Source: Candidatus Latescibacterota bacterium
GTDB lineage: Bacteria; Latescibacterota; UBA2968; GCA-2709665
Assembly (NCBI GenBank): GCA_963667175.2
Contig: CAXXXF010000015.1
Span: 192,001-256,000, forward strand
Length of the DNA stretch: 64,000 bases
Reading direction: 5' to 3'
A program made the translations under genes and the position numbers. The notes below the pieces were generated by a model. It saw nothing but the letters and a program-made list of their open reading frames with translations. It was not told the DNA's origin and ran no database searches. The stretch's first letter is position 1, and each line of letters starts with the position of its first letter. Positions 40,409-49,959 of the stretch are shown piece by piece.

Positions 40409-40907
40409 GGCTTCTCCTTTGCTTTTCCCTAAAATGTTTTTTTATTTCTTCGCTATCGATAACAAGATCAGACGGGAAGTGATCGCCGTATCGATCGTAA
40501 AGTTTCCTCCAGGGCGTTCCGGGTAGATGCGTAACTTCTGATAATTTAAAGGCAGATACCGAACCATAGATCTCCCACACTTTTTCCAACAGCGGACCGA
40601 TTTCCTCTTCTTCCCTTTGCGAAAGAACAGGAAAACGTTGCGTATTATCCACCCGTTCACAAACATCGTGGTCTATGGGTGAGTTGCGATATTGCTTGAA
40701 TTCATGATATACGGAAACGACAACAGGACCGTATTTCCATGCCACGATATCTTCATCCAATAAAGGTTCTCCGCCTGGATGTAGCGCCAGGTGCCAGCCA
40801 TGTGCAAAATAAAGCAATTTCTGCAATTTCAGCGGTGAAATGTCAACTTCATTCTCCCGCCCCAATCTTAAAAAGTAACTCACTATCTTTCCTACTTGAT
40901 ACGGCAT
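40386..40907 (-). CDS. Panacea-domain (DUF4065/SocA/GepA-like) antitoxin
   Basis: ISPLKLQKLLYFAHG, AWKYGPVV..VY, LSEVTH...PW signature; visibly lower GC than flanks. Confidence 0.9.
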   Translation of the reverse strand: MPYQVGKIVSYFLRLGRENEVDISPLKLQKLLYFAHGWHLALHPGGEPLLDEDIVAWKYGPVVVSVYHEFKQYRNSPIDHDVCERVDNTQRFPVLSQREEEEIGPLLEKVWEIYGSVSAFKLSEVTHLPGTPWRKLYDRYGDHFPSDLVIDSEEIKKHFREKQRRSRDRRGSN

Positions 40908-41039
40908 CCCGGCGCCCCTCACGACAAAAGCGGCGCATTTCCAGTGTAATCTGAAAACGCGCCATTTACAAACAGCGTCATCCCCAAATCCTCCATGACT
41001 TGCCCTTCACGGAGCGATTTTTGCGTAAACATCCATTTT

Positions 41040-41068
41040 AATTTATGCTCGATTAAACACAAAGTCAA
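41040..41068 (-). promoter_or_regulatory. Sigma70 promoter of the Panacea locus
   Basis: TTGACT-17-TAAATT on minus strand. Confidence 0.6.
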
Positions 41069-41100
41069 GTACCTATGCCGTGCACGGCCCTCGACGGAGG

Positions 41101-42636
41101 TTACATCCAGAGATTCCGGTCGAGGCTGCGGTACTGAATGGCCTCTCCGACGTGCTGGGGTTTGATTTCCTGTTCTTCTTCCAGGTCGGCGATGGTGCGG
41201 CTGACTTTCAGGATGCGGTCGTAGGCGCGCGCGGAAAGGCCGAGTTTCGTGATGGCCATCTTGAGCAGTTCCTCGCCCTTCCCGTCGATTCGGCAGTATT
41301 CCCGGATTTCCGCGGCGCCCATGTGCGCATTGCAGAACAGGTGTTGTTTCTCACTGAAGCGACGAAGTTGCACCGCTCGTGCGGCGTTGACCCCTTCTCG
41401 GATGGCATCGGACGATTCTCCTCCGGGATCATCGGCAAGCTCAGTGTAGTCGACCCCGGGTACTTCGATGTGAATGTCGATACGGTCGAGAAGCGGCCCG
41501 GAAATTCGGGCCATATACCGCTGGATCATGGGTGGGGAACACGTGCATTCGTTCCGGGAATCGCCGAAATATCCGCAAGGGCACGGGTTCAGGGCGCAGG
41601 CCAGCATGAACTGGGCGGGATAGGTCAGAGAGACCAGGGCACGGGCAATGGTGACAAATCCGTCCTCGACCGGTTGGCGCAGAACTTCGAGAACGTGCTT
41701 TTTGAACTCCGGCAGTTCGTCCAGGAAGAGAACGCCGTGGTGAGCGAGAGAGACTTCGCCGGGACGCGGATGAGGTCCGCCGCCGATCAGACCCGCGTCG
41801 GAAATGGTGTGGTGAGGGGAGCGAAAGGGTCGGATCGCCACCAGGGTGGTGTCCGGAGGGAGCAGCCCGGCCACAGAGTGGATTTTGGTGGCTTCGATCG
41901 CTTCATCCAGGGTCAGGTCGGGTAGGATGGTGGGCAGGCGGCGCGTGAGCATGGTTTTGCCGGAGCCTGGCGGGCCGATCATGATGATGTTGTGGCCGCC
42001 GCTGGCGGCCACCTCCAGCGCACGCTTGGCGTGCACCTGGCCCCGGACGTCGCGGAAATCAATCCTGTAGTCCAGGGCCTGGCTGAATATCCGGTCGACG
42101 TCGACCTGGAGCGGCGGCACCGTCCGATAGCCTTCCAGGAAGTCCAGTGTCTCCATCAGGTCCTCGACCGGATGGACGTCAATACCGCCCGCAATGGCGG
42201 CTTCGCGCGCGTTCTCCCTGGGGAGAATCATGCCTTTGAGGCCTGTCTGACGGGCCTCCACCGCCATCGGCAGGACGCCGCGGACGGGCCGGACGGCCCC
42301 GTCGAGAGCGAGTTCGCCGAGAATCGCGTATTGGGAGAGGATTTCAGGCGAGATGTCACCCGCCGCGGCCAGAATCCCCACGGCAATGGGCAGGTCGAAG
42401 GCCGAGCCCTCCTTGCGGATATCCGCGGGAGCGAGATTGACGGTGACGCGCCGAACGGGAAAGGGTCGACCGGTGTTCTTGATGGCGGCGGTCACGCGAT
42501 CCCGGCTTTCCTTGACGGCGTTGTCCGGCAGACCCACCACGGAAAACGCGGGAAGCTGGTAATCCAGGTCCGTCTCGATGCGTACGATATACGCGTCAAT
42601 GCCCAGGGTGGCGCAGCTCAACACGCGGGACATCAT
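41101..42636 (-). CDS. comM: YifB/ComM Mg-chelatase-like AAA+ ATPase
   Basis: VGLPDNAVKES, NLAPADIRKEG, GPPGSGKT, RSPHHT, GVLFLDE, NPCPCG, SGPLLDRID. Confidence 0.95.
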   Translation of the reverse strand: MMSRVLSCATLGIDAYIVRIETDLDYQLPAFSVVGLPDNAVKESRDRVTAAIKNTGRPFPVRRVTVNLAPADIRKEGSAFDLPIAVGILAAAGDISPEILSQYAILGELALDGAVRPVRGVLPMAVEARQTGLKGMILPRENAREAAIAGGIDVHPVEDLMETLDFLEGYRTVPPLQVDVDRIFSQALDYRIDFRDVRGQVHAKRALEVAASGGHNIIMIGPPGSGKTMLTRRLPTILPDLTLDEAIEATKIHSVAGLLPPDTTLVAIRPFRSPHHTISDAGLIGGGPHPRPGEVSLAHHGVLFLDELPEFKKHVLEVLRQPVEDGFVTIARALVSLTYPAQFMLACALNPCPCGYFGDSRNECTCSPPMIQRYMARISGPLLDRIDIHIEVPGVDYTELADDPGGESSDAIREGVNAARAVQLRRFSEKQHLFCNAHMGAAEIREYCRIDGKGEELLKMAITKLGLSARAYDRILKVSRTIADLEEEQEIKPQHVGEAIQYRSLDRNLWM

Positions 42637-43071
42637 ACGGGCCTCCTCGGAACATGCCGGGAACGCGCCTGAACTCCGCTTCGTTTTGCAATGAGTCCGG
42701 TGTTGACAGAGCCCGTTCCAGACAGGCTCTCAAACTGCAAAGGGCGTGCCAGAGATACGGGAACTACCTAACCCGCTGTACGGAAAAGAGATGGAGACGG
42801 CGGCGGGAGAAGTGGAGGCGACGACGGGAAACGGATGTTCAATATTCGGGAAGGGATTGAACAATTCGTCGATGGACCTGCTGACGCCCGACGGCCCGGA
42901 TGGAATGATTCAACGGACTGCTAACCTTGATTCGTGGTTCTCATGGAACGTGAATTCGAATAAACGCAGGTGAATGAAGGCGATTTGACGTCGGATTTTC
43001 AGGAACCTTCAGGTCACTGGACGTGAACCGAGCATATGGACGACCTCTACACGCCGTTTCGCAGCCGTGCC

Positions 43072-43120
43072 CTTTGTGTCTTTTGTGCTTTTTGTGGCTG
43101 ATTTTTCGGTTGTCGTTTTT
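43072..43120. repeat. TTTGTG-type 9-mer repeat patch
   Basis: CTTTGTGTC TTTTGTGCT TTTTGTGGC just downstream of fabV. Confidence 0.5.
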
Positions 43121-43130
43121 CGAATTGAGG

Positions 43131-44309
43131 CTAAAGAGACAGATCCGGGTCAACGTCGGCCGCATAGTCGACAGACGGAAGACCGAAGCCGAACAGTTTG
43201 AGGAATTCTTCGCGATAGTTCTGCATGCCCGCTGCCGCTTCCAGGTTTTCGGTCGTTACGGATTCCCACAGGGATGCGATGCGTGACTGCACGTCTTCCC
43301 TGAGTTCAAGGTCATCGACGCGGATCCGACCCTCTTCGTCCGTGGGAACCGGCGTTCCCGCGTAGATGCGATCCTTCAGGAGCCGGTACATCTGTTGGAT
43401 ACAGCCTTCATGAAGTTTCATTTCCCTCATGACTTTGTAAAGCGTGGAAATATAGAGCGGTACGACGGGAATGGCCGCGCTGGATTGGGTGACCACGGCC
43501 TTGTTTACCGAGACGTGAGCGCTCCCGGTTTTCTCTTTCAGCCGGGCGTCCAATTCCCTGGCCGTGGCCTCCAGGTGCGTTTTCGCTTTCCCGATGGCGC
43601 CCTCCCTGTAGAGCGGCCGGGTCAACTCCGGGCCGACATAGGTGAAGGCGACCGTTCGCACGCCTTCCGAAAGCACGTCGGCCGCTTCAAGTGCTCGAAT
43701 CCACAGGTCCCAGTCTTCGCCTCCCATTACGGCCACGGTATTGTCGATCTCGTCCGCATTGGCCGGCTCGATGGCAACCTCCGAGACGACGCCTGTGCGG
43801 ACGTCGACCGTTTTGCCCGTGTAGGGTTCGCCCACAGGTTTCAGTACGGAGGTGTGTTGGGCTCCTGTCCGGGGGTGGGTGCGCCGCGGCGACGCCAGGC
43901 TGTATATCACGAGGTCGACCGCTCCCAGGTCTTCCTTGATGGCGGAGATGGTCTGTTCTTTGATTTCATCGGAAAACGCGTCACCGTTGATGCTCTTCGA
44001 ATAGTAACCCGCGTCTTTCGAGGCGCTTTCGAAGGCGACCGAATTGTACCATCCCGCCGAGGCCGTGCGATTCCTCAAGGCCGGCCTTTCAAAGAAAACA
44101 CCCACGGTCCCGGCGCCTCCACCAAAGCAGGCGGCAATCCGGGAGGCCAGACCGTAACCGGTCGATGCGCCGACAACCAGGACGTTCCGGATGCCTTCCA
44201 CGGGAGGCTGCTGCCTGACCCAGTCGATTTGTTCCTGAACATGCCGCGCGCATCCGACAGGGTGTGCGGTCGTGCAGATGAAGCCTCGAATTTTGGGTTT
44301 GATGACCAT
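43131..44309 (-). CDS. fabV: Enoyl-ACP reductase FabV / trans-2-enoyl-CoA reductase
   Basis: IKPKIRGFICTTAHP.GC, GASTGYGLASR, AGWYN, NGDAFS, YSLASPRR, VMGGEDW. Confidence 0.95.
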   Translation of the reverse strand: MVIKPKIRGFICTTAHPVGCARHVQEQIDWVRQQPPVEGIRNVLVVGASTGYGLASRIAACFGGGAGTVGVFFERPALRNRTASAGWYNSVAFESASKDAGYYSKSINGDAFSDEIKEQTISAIKEDLGAVDLVIYSLASPRRTHPRTGAQHTSVLKPVGEPYTGKTVDVRTGVVSEVAIEPANADEIDNTVAVMGGEDWDLWIRALEAADVLSEGVRTVAFTYVGPELTRPLYREGAIGKAKTHLEATARELDARLKEKTGSAHVSVNKAVVTQSSAAIPVVPLYISTLYKVMREMKLHEGCIQQMYRLLKDRIYAGTPVPTDEEGRIRVDDLELREDVQSRIASLWESVTTENLEAAAGMQNYREEFLKLFGFGLPSVDYAADVDPDLSL

Positions 44310-44338
44310 GGAACCGTCCTTTTTCGTCTATCAGGTTG

Positions 44339-45739
44339 TTACGTGGCGGGTCTTGTCTCTGTCCAGGGCGCGATGTTCTCAAGGGCGGCCGAGGCGCGCA
44401 GCACGCCCGCGTCGTCGCGCCAGCGCCCGACAATCTGCAGTCCAACCGGCAGTCCGTCGCCTGCAAAGCCGGCCGGAACGGTGGCCGCCGGCTGGCCCGT
44501 GATATTGAACGGATACGTGAAAGCCGTCCAGCCGAGATAGCTGGTCGGATGCCCCGCGATATCACCGGGATGGTCGTTACCCGCGTTAAAGGCGGTGACG
44601 GGAAGCGTTGGGCTGAGAAACAGGTCGTAGGCGTCCATGAATTCACGCCAGCCGTGGTAGTAGTCGTTGCGCCGCGCGTACGCGGTTGCCAGTTCGGCGC
44701 CGGAGACGCCCCGGCCTCTATCGATCACGGCGACGAGGCCGGCGTCCAGGAGGTCGCGGACTTCGTTCAGGTTGTCCTTGAATACCCCGGCGAAAGAGGC
44801 GGCCCAGATCACGTCGGCGATTTCCCAGGGGTCGGACAGACCGGGATGGGCCTCTTCGACGTTGCAGCCCAGTTCCTGAAACCGGGCCGCCGCTGCCGCT
44901 GCGACCCTTTGGACGTCGGGGTCGATCCGGGCGTACCCGAGATCCGGAGACCACGCAATGCGCAGGCCGTCGATGCCGCCTTCCATCTCGGCGAGGTAGT
45001 CGGTGGAATCGGGCAGTGAAAGGCGGTCCATTGGGTGGGCGCCGGCCATGGCCGTGAGCATCATCGCGGCATCCTTCACGGTGCGGGTAATCGGACCCGC
45101 GTGGGAGAGCAATTCGACCACACTGGCGGGATATTGTGGAACACGCCCCCAGGACGGTTTGAGACCGTAGAGACCGCAAAATCCGCACGGGATGCGGATC
45201 GAGCCGGCGCCGTCCGTTCCCTGTGCGATCGGACCCAATCCCAGGGCGACGGCTGCCGCCGCGCCCCCGCTGGACCCGCCAGCCGTACGGCCGACCATCC
45301 AGGGATTGTGCACCGGACCGTTCACGCGGTTTCCGGAGTCTCCCTTCCAGCCCAGTTCGGGGGTGGTGGTCTTGCCAAGCAGGACCATCCCGGCATCGTC
45401 GAGGCGTTCCGCAATCGGCGCGTCGTAATCCGGCGCCCAGTTCCTGTAGAGCAGGGACCCCCGGGCGGTGAGGATGCCCTTTGTGGGGGTGAGATCCTTG
45501 AGCGATCCGGGGATGCCGGCCAGAGTCCCGGCGTTTCCCGCCATATATGCGCGTTCGGCGCGAACTGCCTGTTCGAGGGCGTGTTCGTGAGTGACGGTGA
45601 CGTAGGGATTGAAGACGGGATTGAGCCGTTCAATCCGGTGCAGAAGCGCCTTGGTGACTTCGACGGGCGAGAGTTCTCGCTTCAGATACAGATCGCGCAG
45701 TTCGTATGCCGAAAGATAGCAGAGATCGTCTGAACTCAT
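44339..45739 (-). CDS. Amidase signature family enzyme
   Basis: GIPGSLKD, AGGSSGG, GTDGAGSIRIP. Confidence 0.93.
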   Translation of the reverse strand: MSSDDLCYLSAYELRDLYLKRELSPVEVTKALLHRIERLNPVFNPYVTVTHEHALEQAVRAERAYMAGNAGTLAGIPGSLKDLTPTKGILTARGSLLYRNWAPDYDAPIAERLDDAGMVLLGKTTTPELGWKGDSGNRVNGPVHNPWMVGRTAGGSSGGAAAAVALGLGPIAQGTDGAGSIRIPCGFCGLYGLKPSWGRVPQYPASVVELLSHAGPITRTVKDAAMMLTAMAGAHPMDRLSLPDSTDYLAEMEGGIDGLRIAWSPDLGYARIDPDVQRVAAAAAARFQELGCNVEEAHPGLSDPWEIADVIWAASFAGVFKDNLNEVRDLLDAGLVAVIDRGRGVSGAELATAYARRNDYYHGWREFMDAYDLFLSPTLPVTAFNAGNDHPGDIAGHPTSYLGWTAFTYPFNITGQPAATVPAGFAGDGLPVGLQIVGRWRDDAGVLRASAALENIAPWTETRPAT

Positions 45740-46365
45740 CCAGCCGCTCCGGATTCTCTACAACGCAGGTCCGGGGCTGTCGGCGTTGCAGGGAAAGGGA
45801 TTCCCGCAAGCGCGAATAATTGCGCCACCAGGCGGTACGAAATGCCCCAGAGGACACGCCGGCCGGGACCCGGGAGATCGACGGTGGAAAAGCGGCGTTC
45901 CGCGTCGTCGATCCGGAACCTGCGCCTATGGTGTCGTCTGGCGACGACGAGTTCGCTCAGCCGGACCCAGAAAGCCTGTTTCACTTCGTCGTTCGGATGA
46001 AGCCGGCCGGCGGATCGGACGTTGTAGACGAAACCCGACACGAGGACGGGGAGGGTGGCGCCGGTGACGTCATCCAGTCGTCCGAGGTATTCGGCAGGTC
46101 CGAGATCCAGCCCGACTTCCTCCCGTGTCTCGCGCTCGGCGGCAAGACGCGGGCTCCCGTCCAGGCGGTCCACCCTGCCGCCGGGGAACGCGACGTGGCC
46201 CGACCACGGATCGTCATCGCGTTGCGACCGCTCAATAAAGAGAAGTTGTACCGCTTCCTCCTGTTGATGCAGTACCATTGCGACGGCGGCGCGGGTCCCG
46301 TCTCGTGACGAAAGACACGGCTTGTGTCCGGCCAGGACCCGGCGGATGTCAGCAATCGAAGTCAT
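45736..46365 (-). CDS. Nudix CoA pyrophosphatase
   Basis: PWSGHVAFPGG, AAERETREEVG Nudix box, LWGISY. Confidence 0.9.
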   Translation of the reverse strand: MTSIADIRRVLAGHKPCLSSRDGTRAAVAMVLHQQEEAVQLLFIERSQRDDDPWSGHVAFPGGRVDRLDGSPRLAAERETREEVGLDLGPAEYLGRLDDVTGATLPVLVSGFVYNVRSAGRLHPNDEVKQAFWVRLSELVVARRHHRRRFRIDDAERRFSTVDLPGPGRRVLWGISYRLVAQLFALAGIPFPATPTAPDLRCRESGAAG

Positions 46366-46796
46366 GAGGGCCTGGACTTCCGAACCTGGTAGTATATGAG
46401 AAATCCAAGGCCGAAGCCCGCGTTGACCAGCACCGGGATGCGGTAACCGCTGACCACGTCGTACCTGAACACGGCGCCCGATGCGCCCGCGGAGACGATC
46501 AGAAACGACAGGACGATCAGGGGCTTGCAGATTGCCGGCGGTACAAACGCCGCCGTTACGATAGACATGAGCGCCGAGTGGAAGATAAGGAACCCGGCGT
46601 AGCCGTTTCGGACCGCCATCGCGATCTGCCAGTCGTACCGGTACGCCCAGACCAGGGTTACGTGGGCGACGGCAACCAGCGCAACCAGCGCGATGGCCGG
46701 GCGGTTGCAGGCGCCTCTGGCGACGAGTACCAGATTCACCGAAAGGCCGAGATACCCGAGAAAAGCGAGAAGAAACGTGACGTTTTCAAGCGTCAA
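46362..46796 (-). CDS. Hypothetical multi-pass membrane protein
   Basis: About 5 hydrophobic segments; TTG start; 4-nt overlap with the Nudix gene. Confidence 0.7.
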   Translation of the reverse strand: MTLENVTFLLAFLGYLGLSVNLVLVARGACNRPAIALVALVAVAHVTLVWAYRYDWQIAMAVRNGYAGFLIFHSALMSIVTAAFVPPAICKPLIVLSFLIVSAGASGAVFRYDVVSGYRIPVLVNAGFGLGFLIYYQVRKSRPS

Positions 46797-47043
46797 GACG
46801 AGGTCTTTGCCGGAAACGGTGAGGCAGGGAACAGAACCCCGGACCGGTGGAGAGCGAACCGGGACGGCGCGCGGAAACCGCGAACGGACGTCGTACGCCG
46901 GGACGGTCTGGTCGGGAGTACGGGAAGGCCGCCTGCCCTGAGCAGACGATCGGGACGTGAATTCGTAACTTCAGGGAATGGGGCTGAATCCGGGCGCGCG
47001 CCGGCGCAGGGAGGTTTCCTACCGGGACTTTCGATTCGTGCAG

Positions 47044-48258
47044 TTATTCTCCTGTATCGACCGGGTTCTTGATCCGGTCGATCTTGTCCTCGCAGTACTT
47101 TTTGAATTTCCGATCTCCAAGGCCCTTCTGATAGCTCCGGATGGCTTTTTCCTTCCAGCCCTGCGGCCGCCAGGCGTCGTACACGTCGCCGATAATAACA
47201 TGCGCCGGCACACCGAATGTTCGGCTCGACGTGGCTCTTCGGGCGTTGTTCAGTGCGTTCTGGTACTGTTTGAGTTCGAAATAGGCATCCGCCGCCCGGT
47301 ACTGGGCTTCGCTGTCTCTGGAATTCAGCGCGAGCGCCTGCCGATAGGCCGAGACCGCACTCTTATAGTTCCTCCCCAATGCGTGCGAGTATCCCAGCGC
47401 CGTGTAGATTCTGACTTTGTCTCTATTGGTAGGCGCAACCGCAACGGCTTTTCTCAGCGTAGCGACGGCTTTCGAATGTTGTTTTGTCCGATTGTATACG
47501 ACCGCCAGGCTGCGATAGGCGTTGATGTTCTTCCTGTCCTTGCAGTTCGGATCGCTGTCGATCGCCCGATTGTAACTCCGGATTGCCCGGCTGTTTCTCT
47601 TGGTTACCCGATACAGGTCGCCAAGCTGTCTATGGGCCTTGGCGTATCGGGGGTTGAGCTCGACGGCCGTACCAAAGGCGTTCTCGGCCTGTTTGATCTT
47701 GCGCGCGTTTCTGGCGGCCAGCCCCAGATTGTAGTAATTGGTGGCGTCCGTAGGGTCGAGCTGCGTGGCGTTTTCGTACTCCTCGATGGCCTTCCGGTAA
47801 TTCTTGCGGATGAGGAACGCCCTTCCCTGCTGCGCATAGGCCGCTTTCAGAAGTTGCCTGGCGCGGCCGTCCTGAAAATTGCCGTCCAGGTTCAGGACCG
47901 CTTTAAACGCCGACTGCGCTTCCTTGTATTTCTTCAGGTTGTAATAAAGGTTGCCCAATTCATAATGGGCCTCTACGTAGTCCGGCTTTACCGAAGTCGC
48001 CATCCTGAAATTGCTGACGGCCTTGTCGGTATCCTTCAGCTTCTGGTAGGTCTTGGCGATGCCGCGATAGGCCTGGGCGTTGTCGCCGTCGAGTTTGACG
48101 GCATCTTCGAACGCCTGGAGGGCCTGCTGATATCGCCTTTTTTCGAAGAGGGCCTGACCGGCGTTGTATTTTTCCGCCGATTCGGGCGCCACCTGAGCCC
48201 ACGCCGGCTGACAGAATAGAAGACACAGAAGCAGGGGTAACGACTGTCGACAACGCAT
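47044..48258 (-). CDS. Secreted TPR protein
   Basis: Signal peptide; many TPR units (AHYELGNLYY, YYNLGLA, AHRQLGDLY). Confidence 0.9.
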   Translation of the reverse strand: MRCRQSLPLLLCLLFCQPAWAQVAPESAEKYNAGQALFEKRRYQQALQAFEDAVKLDGDNAQAYRGIAKTYQKLKDTDKAVSNFRMATSVKPDYVEAHYELGNLYYNLKKYKEAQSAFKAVLNLDGNFQDGRARQLLKAAYAQQGRAFLIRKNYRKAIEEYENATQLDPTDATNYYNLGLAARNARKIKQAENAFGTAVELNPRYAKAHRQLGDLYRVTKRNSRAIRSYNRAIDSDPNCKDRKNINAYRSLAVVYNRTKQHSKAVATLRKAVAVAPTNRDKVRIYTALGYSHALGRNYKSAVSAYRQALALNSRDSEAQYRAADAYFELKQYQNALNNARRATSSRTFGVPAHVIIGDVYDAWRPQGWKEKAIRSYQKGLGDRKFKKYCEDKIDRIKNPVDTGE

Positions 48259-48367
48259 ATCCGGTGATCCTCTCGATAATGCAGGTTAAGAATAACAGAA
48301 ACGCGATTTACAGGCTGATAATATTGCCAATTACCAGGTTGATGTCAACCGTTTTGGACATGCGGAA

Positions 48368-48394
48368 AGGCCACCACCGGTTGTGTGATGGCCT
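48368..48394 (-). terminator. Possible terminator after tonB
   Basis: Minus strand AGGCCATCAC-N7-GTGGTGGCCT with a short T tail. Confidence 0.45.
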
Positions 48395-48424
48395 CCGTGG
48401 AACGGATAACTGCTTGAGTTGAGG

Positions 48425-49096
48425 TCAATTGTGCAGCTTGAATCGGATGCGTTGGGTCATCCAGACGTTGACGGGCTTGTCGTTCTGGATGGCCGGCTTG
48501 AAAACGAACTGTCTGACCGCATCGATGGCTGCCTGCCTGAATATCTCCTGGCCCTTCAATACCGAGACCCGGTCCGTACGCCCGTCTCTGCGCACCATGA
48601 ACTTGACGAAAACATTGCCCTCCAGTCCGGCCTTCCGCGCTATTTCGGGGTACTTGGGGCTGACCGCCCTGATCTGCACCGGCTTCTCCTCCACGCTCCA
48701 GAACTCCATCACTTCTTCTTCCATCGGCGCTTCGGTAGCGCCCGGCGGCGGGGGCGGAAGGTCGACCGGGGCCTGATCCAGGTCGAGGTCGGTCGTTTCG
48801 ATGGTCACGTCGTCCGGTACGTCTTCGCTCTCGGTTTCAATCGGCATGGCCGGCCTCGGCGGCGGCGGCGGGCGCTGAATCTGCCGGGTCTCCGGAATTT
48901 CTTCCATCTGGATGATGATCTGGTCTTTCTTTCCCGCCGAGGCCCGTATATCGAACGTGGGGAAAAGGATAGCCATGAAAAGGTGCAGGGCGCAGGAAAT
49001 GCCGACAGACGTCCAGAAGACTTTGGGATAACGACGTCTGAGGTCGTGCTCCGGGTGTTTCCGGCGGACGATGTCCTTTCCTTTGATATAGGCCAT
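48425..49096 (-). CDS. tonB: Energy transducer TonB
   Basis: N-terminal TM, Pro-rich linker, PKYPEIARKAGLEGNV.V.F. Confidence 0.93.
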   Translation of the reverse strand: MAYIKGKDIVRRKHPEHDLRRRYPKVFWTSVGISCALHLFMAILFPTFDIRASAGKKDQIIIQMEEIPETRQIQRPPPPPRPAMPIETESEDVPDDVTIETTDLDLDQAPVDLPPPPPGATEAPMEEEVMEFWSVEEKPVQIRAVSPKYPEIARKAGLEGNVFVKFMVRRDGRTDRVSVLKGQEIFRQAAIDAVRQFVFKPAIQNDKPVNVWMTQRIRFKLHN

Positions 49097-49101
49097 ATGC
49101 G

Positions 49102-49512
49102 TTACCTTTCCCGATCCGTGGCAAAGTTGACGCGCAGGGCGTCGGCCTTGCGAAGTTCCTCGATCACTTCGGATACCAGCCCGTAGGGCGCCCGCGTATC
49201 GCACTTCAGGGAAACGATAAGACGCGGGTTCTGTACCCGGCGTTCGTAGAAAATGGGCGCAACCTGGTTTACCTGGGCAATTTTGTCATCGATATAGACC
49301 TTCCGGTCCGCGGAGATCCAGACGTAGGAAATATGGCGGCGCGTCTTGATTTCCTCGACCTTTTCAGCCCTGGGCAGCACGATACCGGTGACCCGATAGC
49401 GGACGAAAACCGTCGTAACCATGAAAAAGATCAGGAGGAGAAAGGCGATATCCGCCATTGAACCGGTCGGAATGGACGTATGTACCCCTGATTTTTTTGA
49501 AAAATCCGCCAT
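49102..49512 (-). CDS. exbD: ExbD/TolR biopolymer transport protein
   Basis: SMADIAFLLLIFFMVTT, LKCD..APYG. Confidence 0.93.
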   Translation of the reverse strand: MADFSKKSGVHTSIPTGSMADIAFLLLIFFMVTTVFVRYRVTGIVLPRAEKVEEIKTRRHISYVWISADRKVYIDDKIAQVNQVAPIFYERRVQNPRLIVSLKCDTRAPYGLVSEVIEELRKADALRVNFATDRER

Positions 49513-49539
49513 GCTGAGAACTCCTGTTGCCGGACGAAC

Positions 49540-49956
49540 CTACTTTTCCGGGGATGCTAGTGAGATCCGGGTTGCGCCGGAAAGCTTGATCTCATCCAGA
49601 ACGTCGATGAACGCGTTATAGGGCGTTTCCTCGTCGGCCTTGAGTGAGACGATCAGCTTGTCGTTTTCGCTCAGGCGCCGCTCGACGTCGGCGCGGAGCT
49701 GGCTCAGAGGCACTTCCTGTTCCAGGTTGATCAGGATATCCCCGGCGGCATTCACCCAGACGTTGCAGATATTCTTCTTCTGGATCTTCTTGTTTTCTCC
49801 GGCGGGCGGAAGCTGCATGCCGATGCCCTTGTCCTGGTTCATTGTGGTGGTCACCAGGAAGAACACGATCAGCAGAAAGGCGATATCCGCCATGGACGAA
49901 GTCGGGATTTCGGGATTGGATTTGTTCCGCCTTGCCAATTCTGGCTTGCCTGCCAT
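49540..49956 (-). CDS. exbD: ExbD/TolR biopolymer transport protein
   Basis: SMADIAFLLIVFFLVTT, LKADEETPY. Confidence 0.93.
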   Translation of the reverse strand: MAGKPELARRNKSNPEIPTSSMADIAFLLIVFFLVTTTMNQDKGIGMQLPPAGENKKIQKKNICNVWVNAAGDILINLEQEVPLSQLRADVERRLSENDKLIVSLKADEETPYNAFIDVLDEIKLSGATRISLASPEK

Positions 49957-49959
49957 GAC

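Noticed and set aside
42650-42674. GAAC-N7-GAAC LexA-like box upstream of comM
   Set aside because: That box type is alphaproteobacterial, the motif is short, and chance occurrence is likely in this genome.
42746-42973. 75-aa ORF between comM and fabV
   Set aside because: Weak start context and no recognisable features; cannot be supported from sequence alone.
46797-47043. Possible structured RNA in the TPR-membrane protein spacer
   Set aside because: Only short GC-rich complementarities, with no clear promoter/terminator pair or known motif.
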